A stretch of DNA of 64,000 nucleotides from Mayamaea pseudoterrestris (taxonomy: Eukaryota): assembly GCA_027923505.1 (NCBI GenBank), contig BROI01000022.1, positions 186,001 through 250,000 on the forward strand. The letters run 5' to 3'. This document shows, piece after piece, positions 44,692 to 56,508 of this stretch; the stretch's first letter is position 1; every line of letters starts with the position of its first letter. The translations under genes were made by a program, and so were the position numbers. The notes under the pieces are model-generated. The model was given only the letters and a program-made list of their open reading frames with translations. It did no database searches and had not been told where the DNA came from.

Positions 44692-46938
44692 ATGAGTCCG
44701 ATTAATTGGCTTTGCATTGTACGCGATGAGACGCTGCTCGTTCAGTTTCCATCGCCGAATAGCAAGACTACCAATCACAGTCACTACGAAAACCGCGATA
44801 GGAAGCACGAGGGCCCGAATCATTCTTTTACAAGCATTGGGAGCGATACTACTGTTTTGGAAACTGCTCGAGGCTTGTTGAATCGCGAGCCGTCGCACGG
44901 CTGGGATACGTTCTCAACCGTCAAGCTTTGGCAGCATGCGTCACACTCGAAAGATCTTACGGCGCTGAGAGGACTTCGCTTTCATGTTTATCAACGGTTG
45001 CGAAGAAATGTCGACAGTGATTCATCGATCTCCTCTCGAGTGCTGGTGTGGGTCTACGCCTGCGTCTACGATTCGTCCATACTCTCCAAGCATCAGGCGC
45101 AAGCCTTTTTGGAAAAGACTGTACTCATTACCGAGCTCTTTCGTGAGACGGATTCAACTTGGCAGTCTAGCAACGACTTTGAAGCTTGCCAAGAAGATTA
45201 CGTTTGTTTATTGGAGCAACGTGTACTCGAGTTGCAACAAGCGTGCGAGTTTGGCAATGTTGCCTCAAGCCTTGAATACAGCAAGCAAATCGTTCAGCAA
45301 AACAAGTGTATCATCAAGGAGGAGAAGCAGAGGAGTCAGCAGATCTTAGCAGCAGCAGCTGCTGCTGGTCCGGCTGCGCAGGCTACGGGCAGTCCCCAGC
45401 AAGTTTTGGAGCTCAAGGAACGATTGGCATGGTCCGTTGGAAACTTGTCGAGCAGGTTCAAGGCAATTCCTCTCCCATTGGATATCACTTGGAGCGGACA
45501 AGCAAGCCATCCTTCCTCCGCGTCAAGCTCAGCCAACCAAACGGCAGAAGTGTCGGCTTTTCGTGCGACAGATAAGGATGATGGTCAAAGGCACCAAGAA
45601 AAATGCGAGACGAACCATGACTGTCATTCGCCGCTGCCATTCGCGAGCGATTCGTCGCAAGGCTGCCATGACACTCCGCCAAACCACAAGAAAAGTATAG
45701 GACTTACTGGTTACGATTCTTCCAATGTATGCGATGCTCATGACAGTCCCAGAGATATCGCCACGCAGTGTCGCCAGGAGCAGGAAAGTTGCAAAACCAC
45801 GGGTGAAGCCGTCGCCATTTCGCCGTGCGCCACTGTGGGTGGTACTGTAAGGACAGACGATGGCTTTGAAAAAGTAAATGGAATCAATAAAATACTTTTC
45901 CCGCACGAGGATTCTCATTATGATTTGGATATCAGCGCTGGTCAACCGAAGAAGTTTGAAGCTGGGAGTTGTGACATGGAATCACTTGTATCGCATGTGG
46001 ATGATGGTAGCACTGATAGCACGGACGAACCAGCACTAAGTGCTGTAACAACACAAGCCCCTATTAGCAGACCACTCGTTGCGACAAAGTCAAGTGTCAT
46101 GAAGCAAATTGGCAAGGACATGGATGCTGAGGGATTAACAACGATTGGAAATGTCAACCGCCTAAATTTTAATAAGGTTCAGCCAAAGGTTACGAGCAAA
46201 GAGATTGAAATTTTGCCGCCATCGGCCCAAGGAAATGTTGCGGTCAAGGATGATTTTCAGGACCTCGACTTCGAGATGGACCAGACGATGGCTTTGTACG
46301 AGAACAACTCGGTGCTGTTGCACCATTCTGGGTTTGAACTTAATGCTAGTCTTATATGTGATGATGAATTCGATGTCGCCAATTCGAAATGGCTGGTACA
46401 GCAGTCGGTTGGCGGAACGATGGCTATTGGTGATCCTCTCGCCATTGCTACAGCAACGACGGTGGACAGTGAATGCGACGCAACAATTGACAGCGACACA
46501 AGTGTGACGCAATATGCAACGGCGAATGATAGAGACTTTGACGAAGCGGTGGGTGACATGATGAATGCTAGACACTGCAGCGACACAATATCCTCATATA
46601 CTGATTTAATCACTGACGGTTCGTTTGATCGATGCGCGGCGCAATCGATGCGGAATTCGCAGACAGTGAGCTCGAAACTGTCTGAAGTCGAAGAGATTTG
46701 TGATGCTTCCTCGTTGCCGTTACCTGCAATGTATCAGCAAACAACTGACGAAAGCGCCTCGGTCGCGCGCAAGACCAATGAAACCGGCATAACAAAGGCA
46801 AGTAAGGACCTTGGGCGTTACTATGAGTTTGTGAGGTCCAGGTCAGCTTCGGATGATCGATTCGCCCAACTAACAACGCTGGCCGTGATTGGAGCCGCTG
46901 TAATGTTTTCAAAATGGCCCCGCGGAGCGTCGAGTTGA
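44692..46938 (+). CDS. Protein with longin-like N-terminal domain, long disordered body and hydrophobic C-terminus
   Basis: INWLCIVRDETLLVQ, TARGLLNREPSHGW, LRFHVY, WVYACVYD, AQAFLEK resemble VAMP7-type longin elements; C-terminal LTTLAVIGAAVMF. Confidence 0.55.
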   Translation: MSPINWLCIVRDETLLVQFPSPNSKTTNHSHYENRDRKHEGPNHSFTSIGSDTTVLETARGLLNREPSHGWDTFSTVKLWQHASHSKDLTALRGLRFHVYQRLRRNVDSDSSISSRVLVWVYACVYDSSILSKHQAQAFLEKTVLITELFRETDSTWQSSNDFEACQEDYVCLLEQRVLELQQACEFGNVASSLEYSKQIVQQNKCIIKEEKQRSQQILAAAAAAGPAAQATGSPQQVLELKERLAWSVGNLSSRFKAIPLPLDITWSGQASHPSSASSSANQTAEVSAFRATDKDDGQRHQEKCETNHDCHSPLPFASDSSQGCHDTPPNHKKSIGLTGYDSSNVCDAHDSPRDIATQCRQEQESCKTTGEAVAISPCATVGGTVRTDDGFEKVNGINKILFPHEDSHYDLDISAGQPKKFEAGSCDMESLVSHVDDGSTDSTDEPALSAVTTQAPISRPLVATKSSVMKQIGKDMDAEGLTTIGNVNRLNFNKVQPKVTSKEIEILPPSAQGNVAVKDDFQDLDFEMDQTMALYENNSVLLHHSGFELNASLICDDEFDVANSKWLVQQSVGGTMAIGDPLAIATATTVDSECDATIDSDTSVTQYATANDRDFDEAVGDMMNARHCSDTISSYTDLITDGSFDRCAAQSMRNSQTVSSKLSEVEEICDASSLPLPAMYQQTTDESASVARKTNETGITKASKDLGRYYEFVRSRSASDDRFAQLTTLAVIGAAVMFSKWPRGASS

Positions 46939-47008
46939 TTAATAGAAGTAGAGTCGTTTTAAATTGTGTGGAGTCTTCAAAGTACTTGTCAATAAAAGTG
47001 CGTATGTA

Positions 47009-49402
47009 TTATTCCTCCACGTCTTGACTCAGAACTGTGGATTCATTATTGACCCAGTACGCTTCGATACGACATTGTATTCTTCCAACTTCCTTGCCAT
47101 TCCTGAGCAGTGGCTCATCAATGTCAGCCTCCAACATTTCTTGATCCGAATTAATGCCGTTCAGTCCAAGAAAGCCCAGGACACTTCCTCTTCGCGACGC
47201 TCTGACCTTGCTCTTGAACGACAGACTTGAATAGGTGCGACTCGATAGCGACATTCTCGACGATGCTGCTCGCCACTTGCTATCGTCCGCCGTTAAATTC
47301 GGTAAACTAGTCATTTGTTCGTCGTCATCGTCTCCTTCTATTGCCTTATTCGCCTGGTGCATGCACTGTAGCAAGAGACTCGCCAAGTTGAACGAAAACG
47401 TCCCTATTAGTGGATGGTGTCCTTGCGTATTGCCAAGCGTTCCTTCTCCGTCCATGACGCTAATTTTGAGCATGCTGCCAGTCAAAGGAACGGATTGGCC
47501 ATCCATAGAATGCGTATGAACTTGAATCTTGACTGCTTCGTTGCCCCAGTCAGCCTCACGTGTGTGTCGACGAACCGAAGTTCGAGGCCAGCCACCCATG
47601 GTTTTGGCAACCCTCGCCTTCGTATTGCTGTCATTGCCGGCAGGATGACTGGTCGTCACCACATTACTCTGCCTTCGCTGTCCGAGACGAAAGATACAGC
47701 TCAACAACCGACACAACCAAAATCGTTGCGCCTGCCTTTGGACACAAGCCTCGGGACTGGCGACAAACATGACGTATGGCGAAGGTGCCGTGTTTGGTAA
47801 CGTTGTTGTTACAGCCAAGGATGCGCTGGAAATGCGCGTTGACAAAGCACCCACCATGGATCCGGTAACAGAAGAAGTTTTATGCGACGAGTCAAGACCA
47901 AGACCGTTTCGCTGCTCAGGACTTGCGTCCACTTGCTGTTGCACAATCACCTTGACTTGTTGCTCAACATTCGCATCGGCTTGTAAGTTGTCGTTAGGTT
48001 CAGTGTTGAGAGGTTCAGTGTCAAGTGCATTTTCGAGGCATGCAGCGACTTGTCGCTCGACAATTGCATCAATCTGCAGAATGCCATTGCTATCAGCGGT
48101 CGCTCCCTGCGAGTGTTGGTGTAGCTGCTGCAGCATTTTGGTCCGCGCAATACGTTTCCAGAATGTATCAGCGTTTTGATTGATTTGGCACTTGATGCGC
48201 GAAACGTGAAGGATCAATTGGTCCTTGTCGAGTGCTTTTAAAGCATCTTGACGATGACTCGCCATTGGCGCTGCCATGGAGAATCGTTGATGTATGATAT
48301 TTGCCATGGATTTTCGCTGCGGCCAACTGTTCTGCGGTTCGAATTTTGGCCTTAATACAATTGGATCGTTGAGTTGAATTTCGTATACGCCTCGGACTGG
48401 TTTGTGATCGCTCGTCGTAAAGTGCTCCACGCCTTCGTAGAGCAATGGCCGCAATCGGCCATCCAAGTCGTGACTTGCTTTGTACAAGATGCGATCCGTA
48501 TAGGAGGGTCTTCGCTTGTCGACATATTTGTATCCAGGCCCCCGTTCCACCTTGAAGGTTGGTGGAAAGTTGATTGGCAGCGAATCGTTAAAGCCAACCA
48601 AGCAATCCTTCTTTTCCAGCGCTCGTTTCAGTTCGTCATGCTCTCTCAGCGTCATCCAATCTCTGTCATCTACGATTCCGCGAACCTGCTTCTTGTGATC
48701 GTCGTCGTCTTTGAACGTTTCTTTCGGAAGGTCCGTCCGAAAGTTCAAATCGCCAAGAACAAACGCATAGTGACTCGTGATTGTCGCGTCGTGCATTTCT
48801 CCAGCTGGTCTCGTTCCATGCAATATATCGGCCATGGTGGAACATCGAATTTTGTATTTGGCTGTTCCCTCATGCGCCTCCAAGTGACAAGTTGTGAAGG
48901 AAAGACGTAGATTGTTCTTGACAAGCAGCTGCGCTTGAATGCCTCCCTTGTTCGGCCGACCAGCCAGACCCGTATTCTGCGCTCCCACGTGCAAGACTCT
49001 TGCCGAACAAGTTTCTGAATGACAAAAGACTTCGAGTCGCATTTCACCTCTCAAGTGCTTGACGATATGTGAATAGGAAGGAAGATGCCGTTGCAGCATC
49101 AGGTGCAATTTCTTGGTCCCCAATGGATCATTGTTTTCCGATTCGCTTCCTCCAGTAAAAGTCGCTTCCTGGAATCCAAGGACTATCAATCCTAGTGGAG
49201 CATCCGATGATGATCGATGCATGCCAGCTGGAAGAATCATGCTGGCAGTTCCATCGTAAGGAATCCATTCCGATAAAGATGCTTGGTTTGGAGCAGCGTT
49301 GCCTAGATTGGCTGTTCCCACAAAGACGGAAATGGATGGAGACCTTGCTGCTGCTCCTGCTGCATGTAGTACAGATTGAGTCGATGAGAGCAGGGACGAC
49401 AT
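47009..49402 (-). CDS. Inositol polyphosphate 5-phosphatase family protein
   Basis: LGFQE, NKGG, TCHLEAH, FVLGDLNFR, NFPPTFK, RPSYTDRILY, SDHKPV. Confidence 0.92.
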   Translation of the reverse strand: MSSLLSSTQSVLHAAGAAARSPSISVFVGTANLGNAAPNQASLSEWIPYDGTASMILPAGMHRSSSDAPLGLIVLGFQEATFTGGSESENNDPLGTKKLHLMLQRHLPSYSHIVKHLRGEMRLEVFCHSETCSARVLHVGAQNTGLAGRPNKGGIQAQLLVKNNLRLSFTTCHLEAHEGTAKYKIRCSTMADILHGTRPAGEMHDATITSHYAFVLGDLNFRTDLPKETFKDDDDHKKQVRGIVDDRDWMTLREHDELKRALEKKDCLVGFNDSLPINFPPTFKVERGPGYKYVDKRRPSYTDRILYKASHDLDGRLRPLLYEGVEHFTTSDHKPVRGVYEIQLNDPIVLRPKFEPQNSWPQRKSMANIIHQRFSMAAPMASHRQDALKALDKDQLILHVSRIKCQINQNADTFWKRIARTKMLQQLHQHSQGATADSNGILQIDAIVERQVAACLENALDTEPLNTEPNDNLQADANVEQQVKVIVQQQVDASPEQRNGLGLDSSHKTSSVTGSMVGALSTRISSASLAVTTTLPNTAPSPYVMFVASPEACVQRQAQRFWLCRLLSCIFRLGQRRQSNVVTTSHPAGNDSNTKARVAKTMGGWPRTSVRRHTREADWGNEAVKIQVHTHSMDGQSVPLTGSMLKISVMDGEGTLGNTQGHHPLIGTFSFNLASLLLQCMHQANKAIEGDDDDEQMTSLPNLTADDSKWRAASSRMSLSSRTYSSLSFKSKVRASRRGSVLGFLGLNGINSDQEMLEADIDEPLLRNGKEVGRIQCRIEAYWVNNESTVLSQDVEE

Positions 49403-49692
49403 AATTCAAAAAAGAAATGGCTTTTGAGTGTTGATAAAGGAACCAACAAAGCAAGGAGGTGAATTTGACGACGGACAAAGAGCCGAGCCGCGCGCCCAAG
49501 AAGGGTGCAGGCTGACATGGAGTGAATGACCAAGAAAAGAACGAAATGACGAGCTTCATTTATTGCCCAGGGCACATCTCGGAGTCATTTGCTGATGGTG
49601 CGTTTGAAAACTGTACACTTAAACATACAGTTATCAAGAAAACGCTGCGACATGATTTCGGGCGAACCAAACATCATCGATCACCATGAAGG

Positions 49693-51798
49693 ATGAAGAT
49701 TGCTCGCCCACAAGACCAGCAATCCCATCCTTTAACGTTTATAATTATGATGCATGCACAAAGAAGACTACGAGCACTGCTTAGCATCTGGGTTATACTC
49801 GCAATTCATATTGCCGAAGCTCGTCCATCTAGCAGCAAGAGCAACGAATTCTTTTCGCAGCAATCTACTCCTTCATATTCTTCTTCCACGTTTCATCGAG
49901 GAACATCTTCCCTTCAACCATTGCAACAACGCAAGTCACTCTTGGATGGAATTATTACATTCTTACAGCGATGGAGGCACCGTAGAGGTAGGGGAAACGT
50001 CGACGTTAGCGAATCGTACATGGAGCAGCCGCCGCCGTCGTTACAGCAAGAGCACTCGCAACACTTGCCGCATGATTCAATAACATCATCGCCTGCTGCG
50101 GAACAAAATCAAGCAGTACCATACCAAGCTTCTCAACAGCCATACAATAGTGTCTTGCAGTCGACTGCCAGACAGCTGCAGCATCATTCGCAGTCGTTAC
50201 AATTTCCTCCGCCTCGGAAACTACTTTCCATCGCAGCGTCGGGCGTGCAGATTGGACTCATTTGCTGGCTTGGAAACATGGTTTGGAAGGCATTCACGGA
50301 AGTATTGGAGGAATACAGTCAGGAAATTACGTCGCAGGAGGATCCGCTGCTGTGCAAGCGAGACCAAGTGACTCAAGTAGTGGCTTTTTTGCAGCAAGAC
50401 CCAACGGTAATGCAGAACCAACTGGACAGTAAGAAGAAACGCGACAATATTCCGCCGTTGCATCTGCTGCATATTGCCCGCCAATTGGTAATGGCGGGGT
50501 TGCCATTGACGGCGCCGGCGACAGATCCCAATGCTACGTCAGTACAATACGTGCTATCGCGCATGACCAAGACGCAAGCGAATATGCTGCAGCAATGCCT
50601 TCGAACGGCGTCGACGGCAAAACCAATTGCAAAATCTAATTCACCTTGGGATCAAGTGATTGGATTGGAGCCCATCAAGGAGCGACTCGTCTCGGCTTTG
50701 GCCTTGACGGTGAACGCACATGGAGACGGTGGAAAGCAGGCGCACCAAAATCACAGACATGCGTTTCGCTCCTTGTTTGACCATTCCGCCATGACTGGCA
50801 TCTTGCTATACGGTCCACCCGGATGTGGCAAGACTCTTCTCGTCAAGTCACTTGCGTCGGCCGCTCGCTTGCCCTGCTTGGTGGTGGCGCCATCGGTGCT
50901 CCTGCGCAAATATGTTGGCGAAACGAACGCGCAAGTCAAGGCGCTCTTTGGATTGACACAATTGCTGGCGCCTTGTATCGTTTGTATCGATGAGCTGGAC
51001 GGATTATTTCGGGAGCGACGAGACGATGAACATGAAGTGAGTCGAGACTTGAAGACGGAGTTTCTACAGTGGTGGGATGGTTTGCTGCATCCGTCTAGTG
51101 GAAGTGACGCGACGGCATCCTCATCCTCTACCGGCAGCATTAATAAGAAGCGCATTATAATCATTGGCGCTACAAATCGACCGTTTGATGTTGACGCAGC
51201 TGTTCTTCGCCGACTTCCGCAGTCTCACTTTGTGGGCCTGCCCGATGGATCGGTCCGCGCAGCTCTGCTCAAGCAACTCCTGGCACATATTCCCAATACA
51301 TGTTTGTCGGATGCTGACGGCATGAACGAGATTGTTGCCATGACGGAGCGGTATACTCCCAGCGACTTGAAGCAAGTTTTGCAGACGGCTGCTTTGATGG
51401 GACCGATGCGTGAACCGACTGCCAGGCCATTGACGACGGACGACGTGCGTCAGGCGCTACAAAGTACTCCGCCAACCCCATTGTCGTTGGCGTACCGCAA
51501 ATCGCTCGCTATGTTTTGTCAGCAGCAGTCTCAGCAGCAGGGTCAACAGCCGCAATCGTTCTTGCCGTTTGATGGCGTGACACATGCGGCGCCCAATGCC
51601 TTTAATTTACAACCAAAATGGGAAACAGACTTGGGCAACTTTTACAATGTTGGATCGATTGGGGTTGATCATGATACCTTTGACGCGCTGTCGTTTCTTG
51701 TAGACTTGATGGATTCGAGCGATGCATCGGATCACGATGGCATTTCCACTGAGACCTCTCGTCAATGTCATGTTTCATACTGGATCTTCGTCATTTAA
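49693..51798 (+). CDS. AAA ATPase, MSP1/ATAD1-spastin group; native 3' end replaced at the duplication junction
   Basis: GILLYGPPGCGKT, CIDELDG, LKTEFLQWWDG, IIGATNRPFDVDAAVLRRLP; the last codons derive from duplicated SET-gene antisense sequence after about 51750. Confidence 0.85.
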   Translation: MKIARPQDQQSHPLTFIIMMHAQRRLRALLSIWVILAIHIAEARPSSSKSNEFFSQQSTPSYSSSTFHRGTSSLQPLQQRKSLLDGIITFLQRWRHRRGRGNVDVSESYMEQPPPSLQQEHSQHLPHDSITSSPAAEQNQAVPYQASQQPYNSVLQSTARQLQHHSQSLQFPPPRKLLSIAASGVQIGLICWLGNMVWKAFTEVLEEYSQEITSQEDPLLCKRDQVTQVVAFLQQDPTVMQNQLDSKKKRDNIPPLHLLHIARQLVMAGLPLTAPATDPNATSVQYVLSRMTKTQANMLQQCLRTASTAKPIAKSNSPWDQVIGLEPIKERLVSALALTVNAHGDGGKQAHQNHRHAFRSLFDHSAMTGILLYGPPGCGKTLLVKSLASAARLPCLVVAPSVLLRKYVGETNAQVKALFGLTQLLAPCIVCIDELDGLFRERRDDEHEVSRDLKTEFLQWWDGLLHPSSGSDATASSSSTGSINKKRIIIIGATNRPFDVDAAVLRRLPQSHFVGLPDGSVRAALLKQLLAHIPNTCLSDADGMNEIVAMTERYTPSDLKQVLQTAALMGPMREPTARPLTTDDVRQALQSTPPTPLSLAYRKSLAMFCQQQSQQQGQQPQSFLPFDGVTHAAPNAFNLQPKWETDLGNFYNVGSIGVDHDTFDALSFLVDLMDSSDASDHDGISTETSRQCHVSYWIFVI

Positions 51799-52233
51799 AC
51801 TCTCACTCCATGGCGCTTGAACATTGCTAAAGTGAAATGAGCAAACCATCATTGACGCTAGTCAGTTGTGAAATAAATCGGTTCTGTATTGGTTCTCCAA
51901 AAAGCAATCCGGATTCACTCCGTAGCAAAGCGTCAATTGCTTGTTCCATAAGTCTGCCTTGAATCCATGCCATGGACTCCATTCATTCTTATTGGCGTCT
52001 GCAACTTGGGTGAATCAATACAGACTCGCTTGCATTGCAATGGTTGATCCTTGTCCGAATACTTTGAGCCGAATAAAGACCGAGACGGCCGGGACGGACA
52101 GCGGATGATTCCGCCAGGTAGAATGAGCAGTCATCTTCTGCTTTGTAGAGTGAAAACTTCAGTAGTAATAAGGAGAGAGACTGACCAATGGCAAGGTCGT
52201 CGTCTCGTCGCTGGAAGGAACGGTAGTCGCCAT
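51756..52233 (-). pseudogene. Truncated, frameshifted 5' fragment of the 31505-34327 SET gene (possibly sequencing noise)
   Basis: Matches 33847-34327 with many single-base indels. Confidence 0.7.
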
Positions 52234-52451
52234 GGTGATGGACGATGGACTGCCATTTGTCGCTCACCTCCAGCTCGCTCACTGCTTGGGCGCGTGCTGA
52301 TATATGATGGTGGCTGGCCCCATTCGACGCGAGGCTCCCCGGCTTGCTCGCCAAAAGCGTCACGCACCTCCGCACCTCCGCACCTCGCACCTCGTCGCAC
52401 CTCGGCATGTGGATTGTGCCAAGCCAACAGGATTTATCACAAACCTCCATC

Positions 52452-54566
52452 ATGAGGCTTGTGCATTTCTCAAAGCTTTGACGAAGCGCACCTCTCACTA
52501 TGCATTGACTGTTAGTCTTATCATAGTGACATTGCTGTCATCAAATAGACTCGCAGTCGCTGCTATATCGAGCAATGAGACTGACCAACAGGCGCAGCAT
52601 CGAACACCACAGCAACAGCAACAACATTCATGCGGACTGTACTTGGCTCCAAGCACCATTCCAGGGGCTGGCTTGGGCATGTTCAATGGTCGCTCCTCAA
52701 AGTCGCTCTGGGAACCCATCGGGCCGGCTGATTTGGTGATTCCAGTCACGGACTACTCCGAACACAATTCAGTACAGTCCCACAATGACGACGAGGATGA
52801 GCAAGCATACATTATGAATTACTATGGATGGAACATTCCGAGCTTTGCACATCTGCAGCATGATGCCAATGTCGACGATACCGTTGCCTTTTGTCCGGGA
52901 CCAGGCGCAGCCTTGAATTGTTTAATGGGACTTGTCAATACCGTCGCGCTTGACGAAGAAGTCTCATTCAAAACGTACACCAACCAGCATTCTTCCACGC
53001 CACCACACGCCGGAAGCTTTACCCCATTCAGCAATCGACAGCTAGTATCCAAAGTGAATAATATTGAACCAGGTGCGGAACTCTTTGACGACTACGGCGA
53101 AGCATACTTTCGAGTCAAGGAGCGACCAGCCTACCATTCCATTCCAGTGACGAGCGACTATTCCGACGCCGATTCTTTGCTGGAGGAATATGAATCACTT
53201 CGAAAGCAAGTTTGTGGAGATGGCCTGTGTCATGAACCAATGCGAGCTGCGGATCCGATTACAACAGTGTCTTCGCCAACGTCGTCACTCCATAGTTCGC
53301 TCTATCAGCTCATGAACTCGCTCAAATCAACATGGCCGAGCCCGGTATTGAACGCCTTGCCGGAAAATCCAGAAACGGTTGATCAACTTACGGCACAAGG
53401 TACTGCCATGCGTGACTATCATCGAAGCATTCGATCCATTGCTTGGCTCGAGGAGCACGGAGACTGCATGGACAAGATTCGCATCGACGAGAGTCGCATT
53501 CCAAACGCTGGTAACGGAGCCTTTGCTACCACATTCATTGCAAAAGGAGACATTGTCGGACCAGCGCCAGCGCTTCATATACCACGTGACTTTATGCAAA
53601 TGTATTCAGTCGAATTTGACGAGAACGAACAGGAATATAATGTGAATGCAATGACAAACGACGGACCCACTCATCAACAACTGCTGCTCAACTATTGCTT
53701 TGGACACGATCGATCCAGCCTGCTGCTTTGTCCATACGGGGCAGCTACGCAAGCAATCAATCACGATGCGTCAGCGCCAAATGCCAAGGTGGTTTGGAAC
53801 TATAAGCTCATGCAGCGTCCAGAGTGGTTAAATTTGCCGTTGCCGGAATGGACGCACCACATGAGCGCAGGTCTGGTGTTGAGCTATGTGGCCACTCGAG
53901 ATATTCAAGCTGACGAAGAAATAACAATCGACTATGGACGCGATTGGCAGAAAGCCTGGGACGAGCATGTACGACACTTTGAACCGCCAGTGGATCGGGC
54001 GGACTATTTGGATGCGCTGGCTTTGAACGAGCAAGAACTGGAACTGCAGGTAGCACCTTTTCGGTACAGCGACAAGTACGTGCAACTGAGATGCCGGGGC
54101 ATGTATTTGCGATGGAACACTGGAACGGTGACAGACCATGAAGACATTGACGACGATGACAACGAGGAAGAAACGCCATTTTCGTACGCGACCGAAACAG
54201 ACAAGAAAACATTTTCATGCCGACCATTGCATCGCTACGCATCCAATAACAGCAGTGACACGCTGTACGTGGTCCAAGTTTATGCAAGATACGGCGAAGA
54301 CGGACAGTGCTTTGAAACTAACTTGGAGGTCGTCTTTGGAATGCCACGTGATGCGCTTGTCTTTGAGGATCGAATGTATAGCCGAGAGTAAGTAGTTCCC
54401 GTGCCACAAAAAGTTTGTAAACAAAACGTTGCTCAAACTCACTCGACTGGTCACTCGCTTGTTTTACAGTCATGCACAACCATGGAGCTTTCGACATTCG
54501 ATTGGGATTCCTGATGAGATTATGCTTGAGGCTTGGCTTGACCTGGACGCGGAAGTGAAGAGATAA
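52452..54566 (+). CDS. Second copy or allele of the secretory double SET protein
   Basis: Near-identical to 34550-36658; intron 54388-54469; +2 nt just after the ATG (gtgcatttctcaaagc versus gtgcattctcaagc) breaks the frame, likely an error. Confidence 0.75.
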
Positions 54567-54690
54567 ATCTTACACTCGAGCTAATCTATTAAAGTGCTAC
54601 AAGATTTTTACAAGTATGTGCTACATCTATTAGTACAATATGTAGAATCGTCATATTCAATAATCGCACAATTCCACTGTATTTTTCCAA

Positions 54691-56508
54691 CTACGCCGGA
54701 GTCAGTCGGTACTGCATGACGGCAAATCCATACCGAGGCGATCCTCGCTTGAAGGCCAGCTTCGACACTCCATGTCCTAAAGTAATCTCCACTGGTTCCG
54801 TCTCTTCCCACTCGCCCATAGTGTATGGAATGGCAATTTCTCGCTTGTCCTTGCCATTGACAGTGACCGACATGGGCAATTCGTCACGATGAACCGTACA
54901 TACCATGACCGTCAAATTGTATCGTCCTTCTTGACACTTTTCGAGCGTATACTCAACCTCAGCTTCTGCTTGAAGAAAAATTTGACAGCCACCCATGAAC
55001 GACTTGTGAATGTGAACTTGGTTGTTCGGCTTGGGCGGTTTAGTAAATGCCGTTCCTGGAATGACAATTGCTCTTCCATCCTTTGTGATTGATTCCTTTT
55101 CTTCCTTTTGTGCATTGATCTTGTCGAGTAGTGTGACGATTGAGCTCTTTGGATGCATTGGCGGGCATTTATCCGTGCATTTCTTGCCCAAACGCTTGCG
55201 CTGGAACAACGCCAAGGAATACCAGATTGCCTTCGAGCTCGGGTCGGCATTTTTCGACACCAACGCTCGATCCTCGCCACTCGCCGTCGCAATCCATTCC
55301 AGTCGCAGCACCTTGCGCATGTACTCGTCGTCCGTCTTGCAGGCGTATCTCGCTTGCGTCATCCACAAGAAATCATTGCCAGTCACTGGACCCCAGTAGC
55401 TCTTGTGAATACCAGCACCCAAGCACGTCATCCATCCATTCACTGTATGCCGGACAAGCGCCGCATGGCCGGGCTGCTGACAGCCCCAGGTAGGAATGCC
55501 AAAAGCCTTGCATGCAAACCGCCCATACCAGGCGCGAGGACCGCATTTTCCGCCGCTACTCAATATTTGATCATAGGTACGGACTTCCTTGCCATCCTTG
55601 TCGCGCCGCCACCAGACAGGATTAGTGTAACCAACATCCTGTTTGACAATCATGCAGTAGCGCCACTGTGGGTTCTGCATGTATATCAAGTCGGGTCTAT
55701 AGTTCCGCAAACATTCGCGTCCCCACGTGAGTTCATCGTCTTGAGCGTCACTGTCAATCGCCATGCGAAGCTCCCAGACGGCAAACGTCGAAAATAAAGG
55801 ATCAAGTTCACCGGCCAAGTAAGCTTGCTTGTAGTGTTTGTAGCGCTTGACTGGATCAATCTCGTAGCCCTGTCCAACTTTTAAATCGATTGGTGTGCAC
55901 AACTCCAGTGCTACGGCCAACGCAAGTCGCTGCAAGACTGGATCCTTTTCCCGTGGAATCGACTTGTAGATCTGCAAAGCCTTGGCGTAGCAATTCTTCC
56001 TAGGACCGCCGGAACTTGCAAACTGCATGAGAAGGTCAGTGTCGCAGAAGAATTGAATCAAATCCTCGTATCCGAACGCTTGCACTTGCTGCTGAAAGGC
56101 CATGCCTTTTGGGGCGCCCGCCTCCATCATGCTTGCCGAAGTCAAGAGTGAAATGGACGAGGAGCTGTCGAGTGGCTGATTCAACAAGGATTCTTCCAGT
56201 TGTTTCAATATTTGGTCGGCAATCTTCGCCGCCTTTTCGCGAGCTTGTTCAACCGATTGGTTCGATGCATCCAGCTTGGCTTGCGCAGCTTTCAAAGTCA
56301 CTTCACTCGCATGCTCCTTGGTCTTTTGATCAAGCTCCTTTTGTGATAGATTCTGTTGTTTGGAAGCAGCTTCAAAGCCGACAATGGCTGCATGAAAATC
56401 TGCTTGATGCGGCATGGATGGAACGTTTGCCTGCTTGAAAACGTCGTTGCGCCACTCTACCAAATACTTGGCGTCGTAAGCGCCCTTCATTGCAACAAGA
56501 GGCTTCAT
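54691..56508 (-). CDS. Second copy or allele of the transglutaminase-like protein
   Basis: Same length as 36782-38599, intact, with many synonymous and some missense changes. Confidence 0.75.
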   Translation of the reverse strand: MKPLVAMKGAYDAKYLVEWRNDVFKQANVPSMPHQADFHAAIVGFEAASKQQNLSQKELDQKTKEHASEVTLKAAQAKLDASNQSVEQAREKAAKIADQILKQLEESLLNQPLDSSSSISLLTSASMMEAGAPKGMAFQQQVQAFGYEDLIQFFCDTDLLMQFASSGGPRKNCYAKALQIYKSIPREKDPVLQRLALAVALELCTPIDLKVGQGYEIDPVKRYKHYKQAYLAGELDPLFSTFAVWELRMAIDSDAQDDELTWGRECLRNYRPDLIYMQNPQWRYCMIVKQDVGYTNPVWWRRDKDGKEVRTYDQILSSGGKCGPRAWYGRFACKAFGIPTWGCQQPGHAALVRHTVNGWMTCLGAGIHKSYWGPVTGNDFLWMTQARYACKTDDEYMRKVLRLEWIATASGEDRALVSKNADPSSKAIWYSLALFQRKRLGKKCTDKCPPMHPKSSIVTLLDKINAQKEEKESITKDGRAIVIPGTAFTKPPKPNNQVHIHKSFMGGCQIFLQAEAEVEYTLEKCQEGRYNLTVMVCTVHRDELPMSVTVNGKDKREIAIPYTMGEWEETEPVEITLGHGVSKLAFKRGSPRYGFAVMQYRLTPA

